A stretch of 64,000 nt of DNA from Collinsella sp. (GTDB lineage Bacteria; Actinomycetota; Coriobacteriia; Coriobacteriales; Coriobacteriaceae): assembly GCA_046976245.1 (NCBI GenBank), contig JBKWEB010000002.1, positions 49,522 through 113,521 on the forward strand. Direction: 5' to 3'. The notes beneath the pieces are model-generated. The model saw only the letters and a program-made list of their open reading frames with translations. It was not told the DNA's origin and did no database searches. Shown piece by piece: positions 38,944 through 47,629 of the stretch (position 1 is its first letter; each line of letters opens with the position of its first letter). Both the position numbers and the translations under genes were made by a program.

Positions 38944-41703
38944 ATGACTATGCGCCATACGCCGTCTGCGGTTCAGGCGCAAAACGAACTGATGAGGCAT
39001 CGCGCGGAGGGTCGCATCCAGTATGCGGCGACCATTCCGCTGACGGAGGCCCTATCCTGGGTCGGCTCGAATCTCGGCGGCCTTAATCGCGACGAGGTCG
39101 CGCACAGCGAAGCCGACAACGGGCGTAACGTGGTCACGCGTGGCAAGAAGAAGTCGATTGCCCGCAAGCTTGCGGACGCGTTCGTCAATCCCTTCACGGC
39201 GATTCTGTTTTTCCTGGCCATCATTTCGGCAGCGACCGACATGGTGTTTCCAGCGTTGTCGATGATGGGCAGCACGCCCGAAGACTTTGACCCGCTGACG
39301 GTGATCATCATCACCACGATGGTCGTGCTCTCGGGCACGCTGCGCTATATCCAGGAAGCGCGCAGCGGCAACGCGGCCGAAAAGCTGCTCGATATGATTA
39401 CGACCACCGTGACAGTCACCCGCGAGGATGCCCCTAGGACCGAGATTCCCATCGACGACGTGGTGGTTGGTGACATCGTGCACCTGTCCGCCGGTGACAT
39501 GATTCCCGCCGATGTGAGAATCATTGAGGCTAAGGACCTCTTTGTGAGCCAGGCAAGCCTGACGGGCGAGAGCGAGCCGGTCGAGAAGGTTCCCGCGACG
39601 TGCACCGAGTCCGATTCGGCAACGTCGTTCGAGAACATCGCCCTCATGGGCAGCAGTGTGATCTCGGGCAGCGCGACGGCGCTCGCCTTTAGCGTGGGCG
39701 AGCAGACCTTGTTTGGCTCTATGGCATCGAGCCTGTCCGAGGATGCCGTAGAGACGAGCTTTTCCAAAGGCGTCAATAGCGTCTCGTGGGTGCTCATCCG
39801 CTTTATGATGGTGATGGTTCCGTTTGTCTTTATGATTAACGGCGTCACCAAGGGCGATTGGCTTAATGCTGGCCTGTTTGCCATCAGCATCGCCGTGGGC
39901 CTGACACCCGAGATGCTGCCCATGATCGTTACCACGTGCCTTGCCAAGGGCGCCGTGGCTATGAGCAAAAAGCAGACCATCGTTAAGAACCTCAACTCGA
40001 TTCAAAACTTTGGCGCGATGGACGTGCTGTGCACGGACAAGACTGGCACGCTGACGCAGGACCAGGTGGTGCTGGAGTATCACTGGAACATCGATGGCCA
40101 GGAGGATTCGCGCGTTCTGCGCCATGCCTACCTCAACAGCTATTTCCAGACGGGCTACAAGAATCTGATGGATCTGGCGATCATCAAATGCACCGAGGAA
40201 GAGGAGCAAAACGACCCGAGTCTCACCGACCTTTCCGAGGCCTATGTGAAGGTCGACGAGGTGCCGTTTGACTTTACGCGCCGTCGCCTTACCACCGTGG
40301 TGCGCGATCGAAGCGGCAAAACCCAGATGGTCACCAAGGGTGCAGTCGAGGAGATGCTGTCGGTGTGCTCGCATGCCGAGATTGACGGCGGCGTTCACGT
40401 GCTGGACGACGAGGTGCGCGAGCGCATTTTGGCAACGGTCGCCGACCTTAACGACGACGGCTTCCGCGTGTTGGCAATCGCTCAAAAGTCCAACCCGTCG
40501 CCTGTCGGTGCCTTTAGCGCCGATGATGAGCGCGACATGGTGCTGATCGGCTACCTGGCGTTTTTGGATCCGCCCAAAGAGTCCACGGCCGATGCTATCG
40601 AGGCGCTGCGCAACCACGGTGTAGCCACCAAGATCTTGACCGGCGACAATGAGAAGGTCACGCGCACCATCTGCAAGCAGGTGGGACTCGAGGTCAACAA
40701 CATGCTGCTCGGCAGCGATATCGCCGCAATGGACGACGCCGAGCTCGCTCGTCGCGCCGAGGACGTGCAGGTCTTTGCCAAGCTTACGCCCGATCAAAAA
40801 GCGCGCGTCGTGTCCGTGCTGCGTGCAAACGGTCATGTGGTGGGCTACATGGGCGACGGCATCAACGACGCCTCGGCCATGAAGTCGTCCGACATCGGCA
40901 TCTCGGTCGATACTGCGGTCGACGTGGCCAAGGAGTCGGCCGATATCATCTTGCTCGAGAAGGATTTGATGGTGCTCGAGGAGGGCATCATCGAGGGGCG
41001 CAAGACCTACGCCAACATGATCAAGTACATCAAGATGACCGCAAGCTCCAACTTCGGCAATATGTTCAGCGTGCTTGCCGCATCCGCCCTGCTGCCGTTT
41101 TTGCCGATGATGAGCATCCAGCTGATCCTGCTCAACCTGATCTATGACTGCAGCTGCCTGGCGATTCCCTGGGACAACGTGGACGAGGAGTTCCTGCGCG
41201 TGCCGCGTACCTGGGACGCTTCGAGTGTTGGCAGGTTCATGATCTGGATCGGGCCCACCAGCTCCATCTTCGACTTTATGACCTATATCTTTATGTACTT
41301 CGTTTTCTGCCCCCTGTTCGTGAGCCATGGCGTGCTGTTCAACGACCTGGCGAGCGTCTACTCGGGCGCCGCGCTGGAGCAGATGCAGCTGGCCTACATC
41401 GCGCTGTTCCAGGCTGGATGGTTCGTCGAGTCTATGTGGAGCCAGACGCTGGTCATCCACATGATCCGTACGCCTAAGTTGCCGTTTATCCAGAGCCGTG
41501 CCTCGGCTCCGGTGATGCTGCTCACGATGACGGGCATCGCGCTGCTCACGCTGATCCCGTTTAGCCCGCTTGGCCCCACGCTGGGTCTGGGCGCCCTGCC
41601 TGTCGAGTACTTCTTGTTCCTGATTCCGTGCATCTTGCTGTACATGGCGCTGGCGACAAGCCTTAAGAAGGCCTACGTCAAGCGCTACGGCGAGCTGCTG
41701 TAG
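38944..41703 (+). CDS. mgtA: magnesium-translocating P-type ATPase
   Basis: [26 protein letters not shown], and an MgtA-type N-terminus ([19 protein letters not shown]...[16 protein letters not shown]). The ORF track starts at a TTG at 38935; the ATG at 38944 is preferred. Confidence 0.85.
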   Translation: MTMRHTPSAVQAQNELMRHRAEGRIQYAATIPLTEALSWVGSNLGGLNRDEVAHSEADNGRNVVTRGKKKSIARKLADAFVNPFTAILFFLAIISAATDMVFPALSMMGSTPEDFDPLTVIIITTMVVLSGTLRYIQEARSGNAAEKLLDMITTTVTVTREDAPRTEIPIDDVVVGDIVHLSAGDMIPADVRIIEAKDLFVSQASLTGESEPVEKVPATCTESDSATSFENIALMGSSVISGSATALAFSVGEQTLFGSMASSLSEDAVETSFSKGVNSVSWVLIRFMMVMVPFVFMINGVTKGDWLNAGLFAISIAVGLTPEMLPMIVTTCLAKGAVAMSKKQTIVKNLNSIQNFGAMDVLCTDKTGTLTQDQVVLEYHWNIDGQEDSRVLRHAYLNSYFQTGYKNLMDLAIIKCTEEEEQNDPSLTDLSEAYVKVDEVPFDFTRRRLTTVVRDRSGKTQMVTKGAVEEMLSVCSHAEIDGGVHVLDDEVRERILATVADLNDDGFRVLAIAQKSNPSPVGAFSADDERDMVLIGYLAFLDPPKESTADAIEALRNHGVATKILTGDNEKVTRTICKQVGLEVNNMLLGSDIAAMDDAELARRAEDVQVFAKLTPDQKARVVSVLRANGHVVGYMGDGINDASAMKSSDIGISVDTAVDVAKESADIILLEKDLMVLEEGIIEGRKTYANMIKYIKMTASSNFGNMFSVLAASALLPFLPMMSIQLILLNLIYDCSCLAIPWDNVDEEFLRVPRTWDASSVGRFMIWIGPTSSIFDFMTYIFMYFVFCPLFVSHGVLFNDLASVYSGAALEQMQLAYIALFQAGWFVESMWSQTLVIHMIRTPKLPFIQSRASAPVMLLTMTGIALLTLIPFSPLGPTLGLGALPVEYFLFLIPCILLYMALATSLKKAYVKRYGELL

Positions 41704-41733
41704 TGGGGGATTGATGCAGAAAGGAGCGTTTGC

Positions 41734-41889
41734 ATGAACTGGACGCAGATTTGGATGGACTTGTTTGGCACCACGGAGTGGCTCGGCCTTAACATGGGCT
41801 TTTGGGTGGCCAACGGCGTGGTGTTGGTGGTTGTCGTGATTATGAACGTTGTCTTTTGGAGCATGAAACCGCTGCCGAGGGATGAATAA
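41734..41889 (+). CDS. small hydrophobic peptide downstream of mgtA
   Basis: Not in the ORF track (51 aa). AAGGAG 7 nt before ATG: MNWTQIWMDLFGTTEWLGLNMGFWVANGVVLVVVVIMNVVFWSMKPLPRDE. One TM. A terminator follows. Confidence 0.5.
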   Translation: MNWTQIWMDLFGTTEWLGLNMGFWVANGVVLVVVVIMNVVFWSMKPLPRDE

Positions 41890-41891
41890 CA

Positions 41892-41930
41892 AGCGAGGGG
41901 GCCGCCTGCCGGGCGACCCCCTCGCTGTTT
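41892..41930 (+). terminator. rho-independent terminator of the mgtA unit
   Basis: AGCGAGGGGG / CCCCCTCGCT stem with a 15-nt loop, then GTTTAT. Confidence 0.65.
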
Positions 41931-41945
41931 ATAAGCACCAGTAAA

Positions 41946-42128
41946 TCGAAGGTGAATGGTTTCCCGAGAAGTGAACGACCTAATTTGGACCCCTGAAGCA
42001 CCCACGTTTTTCGACGCTAAAACCGCAGGATTTGAGTGATAAAACCGCAGGAATTGGCCTTCCCAAAGTGTCGATGCATCGAGGGTCCGATTTCACCCGT
42101 TCACTTCGCGGAAAAGCATTCACCTTCG
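41946..42128 (+). mobile_element. 183-bp MITE-like element, copy A (about 31-bp terminal inverted repeats)
   Basis: Left arm TCGAAGGTGAATGGTTTCCCGAGAAGTGAACG, right arm CGTTCACTTCGCGGAAAAGCATTCACCTTCG. A second copy of identical length lies at 57738-57920. Confidence 0.55.
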
Positions 42129-42267
42129 TTGCGTAAGGCGACGGATGGAAGGGTGATTATCGTCAAGCAGCTACCTCTGCCTTGTGAATCATCTGAAGCA
42201 CAAGGCATAATGCATGTAACAAGGGGGCGGTTCCTTTGTCACATCCGTTGATATGAGAGAAGAGTAG

Positions 42268-43221
42268 ATGATTCTTTCGCTTGCCCCTATGGAGGGGATT
42301 ACCGGGCATGTGTTCCGTCGCGTGCATGCGGAGTGCTTCGGTGTGCTCGATTGCTATTACACGCCGTTTTTGCCGCCGCCGCGGGTGGGAAACCGCTTTG
42401 GCGGCAAGGCGTTTAAGGAAGTCGATCCGGCTAACAACCAAGGGCTCAACGTGGTGCCCCAGCTCATGTCCAAGAACGCGGACGAGTTTGTGTGGGCGGC
42501 ACAGGTGCTCGCCGACATGGGCTATCGGGAGGTCAATCTCAACCTGGGTTGCCCTTCGGGAACGGTTGTCGCTAAGGGCAAGGGCTCGGGTTTCTTGCGC
42601 AATCTCGACGAGCTCGAGGTGTTCTTGAGTGATGTGTGCGAGCGGTCGCCGTTGCCGGTATCGGTAAAGACCAGGCTGGGGCTGGAGAGCGACGACGAAT
42701 ACGAGCGCGTGCTCGATCTATATTGCCACATGCCGCTGGCAGAGCTGATCGTGCATCCGCGCGTACAGAAGGACCGCTATACGGGCTCGACGCGCAAAGA
42801 GTTTTATGGCGAGACGCTGGAGCGCGCGCCGTTCCCCGTGGCCTATAACGGCGACATTTTCGATCTTGAGGATATGGACGCACTGGTGGAGGCCTATCCC
42901 GGGACACGCCATGTGATGCTGGGGCGTGGCTTGCTTGCGAACCCCGCGCTGGCTCGCATGGTCAAGGGCGGCCCCACTGCAACGGCTGCTGAGCTGCAGC
43001 GTTTCCACGATACGCTGTTTGCGGCCTATGCAGAAGAGATTGGCGGTAATGCGGTCTTTCGCATGAAGGAGTGGTGGTTCTACGCCAAGTGCGCTTTCGC
43101 CGATCCCGCCACCGTCCATAAGATCGTGCGCAAGACCAAGAAGGTCGACGAATACCGCGCCGCCGTCGACCGCGTCTTCCGCGAGCAACCGCTCGCATCC
43201 GCAGCCCGCTTCCGCGGCTAG
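42268..43221 (+). CDS. dus: tRNA-dihydrouridine synthase family protein
   Basis: LAPMEGITGHVFRRV, NLNLGCPSGTVV, TIM-barrel flavoenzyme pattern. Confidence 0.8.
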   Translation: MILSLAPMEGITGHVFRRVHAECFGVLDCYYTPFLPPPRVGNRFGGKAFKEVDPANNQGLNVVPQLMSKNADEFVWAAQVLADMGYREVNLNLGCPSGTVVAKGKGSGFLRNLDELEVFLSDVCERSPLPVSVKTRLGLESDDEYERVLDLYCHMPLAELIVHPRVQKDRYTGSTRKEFYGETLERAPFPVAYNGDIFDLEDMDALVEAYPGTRHVMLGRGLLANPALARMVKGGPTATAAELQRFHDTLFAAYAEEIGGNAVFRMKEWWFYAKCAFADPATVHKIVRKTKKVDEYRAAVDRVFREQPLASAARFRG

Positions 43222-43226
43222 TTAGA

Positions 43227-43274
43227 CATCGGGGACGTTCTTTAGCGACTAGGCATTTAAGAACGTCCCCGATG
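43227..43274. repeat. REP-like hairpin (CATCGGGGACGTTCTT / AAGAACGTCCCCGATG) between convergent genes; probable bidirectional terminator
   Basis: Perfect 16-bp arms with a 16-nt loop. The same motif family occurs at 53305-53386. Confidence 0.7.
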
Positions 43275-43285
43275 ACTATGCTGCA

Positions 43286-43531
43286 CTAGAGCAGGTTCTT
43301 CTGTACCCACGCGATGATGTCGCTCGATTCGTAGAGCGGTTTGCCGTTAATGAACAGGCAGGGAACCTGGCGCTTTCCGCCGACGGCGATGAGTGTCTGT
43401 TCGGCATCGGAATCGGTCGAGATATTACGCTCGGGAATGGTCACGCCGTTATCGGCCAGGAAGCGCTTGACCTTTATGCAATACGGGCAGCCGGTCATAA
43501 CGAATAGTGCGAGCTCATGATTAGTAGCCAT
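43286..43531 (-). CDS. glutaredoxin/NrdH-like small redoxin
   Basis: Start MATNHELALFVMTGCPYCIKVKRFL (CPYC active site). GGAGA RBS. Confidence 0.8.
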   Translation of the reverse strand: MATNHELALFVMTGCPYCIKVKRFLADNGVTIPERNISTDSDAEQTLIAVGGKRQVPCLFINGKPLYESSDIIAWVQKNLL

Positions 43532-43582
43532 AGGTCTCCAATCGGTTGAGGTTTCGATTGAAATACCCAAAGCCGCCGCGGT

Positions 43583-44410
43583 CTATGCGCGCGTCAACGA
43601 TGACTCGATGGCCTGGACCAGAAACGCCGTGGCTCCGGTGCCGCAGGGCTTGTCGTAGTAGTCAACAAAGCGCTGGTCGGCAAGATAGCCATTGGCGAGG
43701 CCCAGGTACGCTTCGTTCTGGGGTTCGCATCCCCAGTTGAGACCAATCCAACGACGATGCATCGCGACGAGCTTGCGAACCTCGCTTCCATCCGCATCGC
43801 CGTCGCCCATGGCAATCGAGAGCTGACCCAGAATAGCGCGTTCAAGTTCTTTCATGTCGTTCCATGTCTGAGGGTCCATGTCCAGTAATGTTTCGTTTGC
43901 CGCATCGACGGCTTCATCGCCATAGCGCGCCCGGGCCTCGGCGCCGTAGCGCTCCTCGTTTTCCTGCACGGTGCGCCAGCGCTCCAGTTGCGGCAGGACG
44001 GCGCCCATGAGCGAGACGGCTTCGTCGAGCGACATGCCGGTGTTTTGCGCCAGCCGCGGGGCACAATCTTCAATCATCGCCTCCATGGTGGTGTCGTAGG
44101 TGTACTTGCCGTGGTCGTAGCACCACTTGCAGTAATGGTCGGTCGTGGCGCCCGTGGCGTCGGTGCCGCAGTCATCGGGTGTGAGTATCATGCCGCAGCT
44201 CTGGCAATAGTGCTCGGGCATTTCGAGCAGATGAGACAGGGGCTCGCCGGTCACGGCGGCGATGAGCTTCATCATGTCGATGCCCGGTGTGACCTCGCCG
44301 CGTTCCCAACGGCTGATGGCTTGGCGTGTGACGAAGAGCTTGGCGGCGAGCTGCTCCTGAGTAAGGTGATGGGCATGACGAACGGCGATGAGCTTTTCTG
44401 CAAAGGCCAT
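43583..44410 (-). CDS. XRE HTH - zinc ribbon - TipAS-like domain fusion regulator
   Basis: N-terminal LTQEQLAAKLFVTRQAISRWERG; CQSCG...CKWC zinc ribbon; C-terminal TipAS-like helices (HRRWIGLNWG...YLGLANGYLADQRFVDYYD). Confidence 0.65.
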   Translation of the reverse strand: MAFAEKLIAVRHAHHLTQEQLAAKLFVTRQAISRWERGEVTPGIDMMKLIAAVTGEPLSHLLEMPEHYCQSCGMILTPDDCGTDATGATTDHYCKWCYDHGKYTYDTTMEAMIEDCAPRLAQNTGMSLDEAVSLMGAVLPQLERWRTVQENEERYGAEARARYGDEAVDAANETLLDMDPQTWNDMKELERAILGQLSIAMGDGDADGSEVRKLVAMHRRWIGLNWGCEPQNEAYLGLANGYLADQRFVDYYDKPCGTGATAFLVQAIESSLTRA

Positions 44411-44542
44411 GACGGCTCCTTTCTGCTGGTTGATGGCTTAAGCATACGCGGCGGCAGACGCCCTTCCAAGCAACCGTTGGTTGCACGACGGGAGACCGCG
44501 GCGAAGAATTGCGCGCAACGCCCCACGCCTCCATGCCGTACA

Positions 44543-45289
44543 ATGACCGGCATGGAACCTATTGCACGCATACATACCGACCTGCCGCAGAAGTTCGGCA
44601 TCCCGCGCAACAGCTTTTTGGCGCCCCATCTGCAGGGGCGCATCGTCTTTGAGCCGGAATTTGCCTCCAACGCAGCAGTTGAGGGTCTGGATTCCTTCTC
44701 TCACTTATGGCTGCTGTGGCGCTTCGAAAACGGAACGCCCGGCGGCACGGCTAAGGACATAGCTGCCGATGCCAAGTCGCAGGACAGGTCCGGCACCAAC
44801 GTCAAGTGGTCGAAAACCGTGCGCCCGCCGCGTTTGGGTGGAGCCGAGCGCGTGGGCGTGTTTGCCACGCGCAGTCCGTTTCGCCCTAATCCCATTGGGC
44901 TCACCTGCGTCAAGCTCGATCGTGTCGAGCTCACTGACGATGGCCCCATCATCCATGTGCTGGGGGCCGACCTGCGCGACGGCACGCCCATCTACGACAT
45001 TAAGCCCTACATTCCGTTTGCGGACTGCCACCCGGATGCGACCGGCGGCTGGATCGAGGACGCTCCGTGGCAAGAGCTCGACATCGAGTTCCCGCAGACG
45101 CTGCAGGATATGGTCCCGCCCGCAAAGCTCCCCGGCTTGGTCGAGGTCCTTCGCCAAGACCCGCGCCGCGCAGGCAGCAAGCACGAGCCAAACCGCGTCT
45201 ATCACCTGGCCTTTGCCGGGCTCGACATATCTTTTACGGTCGATAAAGCCCAGCTAACCGTGGTCGCCGTCAACGACGCGCAAGACTAA
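44543..45289 (+). CDS. trmO: tRNA (N6-threonylcarbamoyladenosine(37)-N6)-methyltransferase TrmO/TsaA
   Basis: IARIHTDLPQKFGIPRN, FSHLWLLWRF, RSPFRPNPIGLTCVKL, DGTPIYDIKPY. Start at 44543 or 44552. Confidence 0.8.
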   Translation: MTGMEPIARIHTDLPQKFGIPRNSFLAPHLQGRIVFEPEFASNAAVEGLDSFSHLWLLWRFENGTPGGTAKDIAADAKSQDRSGTNVKWSKTVRPPRLGGAERVGVFATRSPFRPNPIGLTCVKLDRVELTDDGPIIHVLGADLRDGTPIYDIKPYIPFADCHPDATGGWIEDAPWQELDIEFPQTLQDMVPPAKLPGLVEVLRQDPRRAGSKHEPNRVYHLAFAGLDISFTVDKAQLTVVAVNDAQD

Positions 45290-45400
45290 CCTACCATTCG
45301 TCCGCACCCGTCAAATTAAGCGCCAAACCCCATGCCAAAATCGCCCGTGCTGGTGGACAATAACGCCTACCAAAACAATCACTTTGCACGGGAGCTCAGC

Positions 45401-46615
45401 ATGAAATACGACTTTAGCTCGCTTATCGACCGCCACGGCATGGACTCCATCGCCGTTGACTCTTGGGGCGAGATCCCCGGTATGGCTCCGAACGCACCCG
45501 ACGAGGGCTTCGACCGCATTCCCATGTGGGTGGCCGATATGAACTTTGCCACGGTGCCCACGGTCCAGGAACACATCATTCAGCGCGCCCAGCACCCCAT
45601 GTTTGGCTATTTCAATCCGCGCCCCGAGTACTTTGACCGCATCATCGAATGGCAGGGCCGCCGCAATGGCGTCGAGTGCCTGCGCCCTGAACATATCGGC
45701 TACGAAAACGGCGTGCTGGGCGGTGTCGTGTCGACGCTGCGTGCGTATGTTCAGCCGGGCGATGCGGTGCTGGTCCACAGCCCCACCTACATCGGCTTTA
45801 CCAAGTCTATCGAAGCCGCGGGCTATCGTATTGTCCACAGCCCGCTTAAGCTCGATGATCAGGGCGTGTGGCGCATGGACTTTGAGGACATGGAGCGCAA
45901 GCTCGCCCAAAACCACATCCATGCCGCGGTATTCTGCTCGCCGCACAATCCCTGCGGCCGCGTATGGGAGCGCGATGAGATCGAGCACGCCATGGACATC
46001 TATCGCCAGCACGATTGCGTGGTGATCTCGGACGAGATCTGGTCCGATATCATCCTGCCGGGACACAAGCATATCCCGACGCAGTCGGTGAGCGAGGATG
46101 CCCGCATGCGCACGGTTGCCCTCTATGCGCCGAGCAAGACGTTCAATCTGGCGGGTCTGGTCGGCAGCTACCACATTATCTACAACGAGACGCTGCGCGA
46201 CCGCATCTGCGCCGTGTCCAACAAGACTCACTACAACGAGATGAGCGTCCTCTCCATGCATGCGCTTATCGGTGCCTACCAGCCGCAAGGCTACGAGTGG
46301 GTGGACGAGCTCAACCAGGTGCTTGCCGACAATATCGAGTACTTCTGCGATTACGTGGATGAGCATTTTGAGGGTGTGTCCTATTCGCGTCCGCAGGGCA
46401 CGTACATGGTGTTTCTGGACTGCACCGAGTGGTGCCGCGAGCATGGCCGCGATATTCAGTGGCTGCTCGACGAGGGGGCGCGCGTGGGCGTGGGATATCA
46501 GGACGGCCGCCCGTTCCACGGGCCCTGCCACATTCGCGTGAATCTGGCGCTGCCGCTTTCGCGCGTAAGGGAGGCGTGCGACCGCCTGGACCGCTACGTT
46601 TTTAATGCACGGTAA
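45401..46615 (+). CDS. patB: PLP-dependent C-S lyase of the MalY/PatB family (class I/II aminotransferase fold)
   Basis: MKYDFSSLIDRHGMDSIAVD, WVADMNF, SPHNPCGRVW, APSKTFNLAG (PLP lysine). Confidence 0.8.
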   Translation: MKYDFSSLIDRHGMDSIAVDSWGEIPGMAPNAPDEGFDRIPMWVADMNFATVPTVQEHIIQRAQHPMFGYFNPRPEYFDRIIEWQGRRNGVECLRPEHIGYENGVLGGVVSTLRAYVQPGDAVLVHSPTYIGFTKSIEAAGYRIVHSPLKLDDQGVWRMDFEDMERKLAQNHIHAAVFCSPHNPCGRVWERDEIEHAMDIYRQHDCVVISDEIWSDIILPGHKHIPTQSVSEDARMRTVALYAPSKTFNLAGLVGSYHIIYNETLRDRICAVSNKTHYNEMSVLSMHALIGAYQPQGYEWVDELNQVLADNIEYFCDYVDEHFEGVSYSRPQGTYMVFLDCTEWCREHGRDIQWLLDEGARVGVGYQDGRPFHGPCHIRVNLALPLSRVREACDRLDRYVFNAR

Positions 46616-46759
46616 GTGAGCACTGCATGCGGGGCCTTCTGCCAAGTCGGCTGGAAGGCCCCGCATGGTAAAACGTCTGTAACCATTGGGCACTCGAGTG
46701 GTTTCGTTTGCTATTATTTTTTAGCATTTCAGTCTGCAAACAGGATCGTCTGGAGCTCG

Positions 46760-47629
46760 ATGAAAAGACCCCGTCGCTCGGTTGCCATATCGTTGTTTGT
46801 TGCGCTTGCGGTAGCGAGTGCCTTTGTCGTAGCGATAGCCGGCTGTTCCGGGTCGAATGGCAGAGCCTCGACGTCTGCATTAGAAGGCCTGGATGCCTCG
46901 CAGGCCAAAGACGACAACCTTAAGACGCTCAACGTCGGCAGCGACCTCTATCCACCGTTTGTGTATACCGACGAGTACGGCGATATCGTTGGCCTGGATG
47001 TCGAGATACTAACCGAGGCTTTGGCCCGCATTGGTTACAAGTCAAAGTATCAGCTGATCGATTGGGAAAAGAAGAAAGAGCTGCTGGCGAGCGGCGAGCT
47101 CGATTGTGTCATGGGCAGCTTTAGCATGACGGGTCGCGAAAACGAGTATCGTTGGGCCGGCCCGTACCTTGCGAGCCGCCAGGTGGTCGCGGTCGATCCC
47201 CAGAGCGATATCTACACGCTTGCTGATCTTGAGGATAAGGTCGTGGCGGTTCAATCCACCACCAAGCCCGAGGACATTTTGCTCAATCGTACAAATGAAA
47301 ACGTTCCGCAGATCAAAGAGCTCTACAGTTTTTCGGACCGTTCATACCTGAATCCGGCGCTCGTCGAGGGCCTGGTCGACGCCATCGCCGCACATGAGTC
47401 GTCGTTGCTCACCTACGAAAAAGACTATGGCGTAACGTATCGCATTTTGGATGAGCCGCTGCTAGAAGTTGGTTTGGGCACTGCTTTCGACATCAACGAT
47501 ACGCGCGGCATCGACGTTAAGCTCACCCGTGCCTACCAAGAAATGCTTGCCGATGGCACCATGGAACGCCTGGTGTCAAAGTACTTTGATGACCCTTCGC
47601 CATTTTTGAATATGGAGGGCCTGTCATGA
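46760..47629 (+). CDS. family-3 solute-binding lipoprotein (amino-acid ABC SBP-like)
   Basis: Lipobox AIAGC|S. LNVGSDLYPPFVYTD, IDWEKKKELLASGELDCVMGSFSMT. ATGA overlap with the kinase gene. Confidence 0.75.
   Translation: MKRPRRSVAISLFVALAVASAFVVAIAGCSGSNGRASTSALEGLDASQAKDDNLKTLNVGSDLYPPFVYTDEYGDIVGLDVEILTEALARIGYKSKYQLIDWEKKKELLASGELDCVMGSFSMTGRENEYRWAGPYLASRQVVAVDPQSDIYTLADLEDKVVAVQSTTKPEDILLNRTNENVPQIKELYSFSDRSYLNPALVEGLVDAIAAHESSLLTYEKDYGVTYRILDEPLLEVGLGTAFDINDTRGIDVKLTRAYQEMLADGTMERLVSKYFDDPSPFLNMEGLS

Noticed and set aside
39052-41892. 946-aa ORF antisense to mgtA
   Set aside because: Shadow ORF of a well-supported P-type ATPase gene. The composition is Arg/His/Gly/Ala-rich with no motif.
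43988-44542. The N-terminal 185 codons of ORF 43988-45289
   Set aside because: It is antisense to the XRE/zinc-ribbon/TipAS gene. TrmO homology begins at MEPIARIH (44543/44552).
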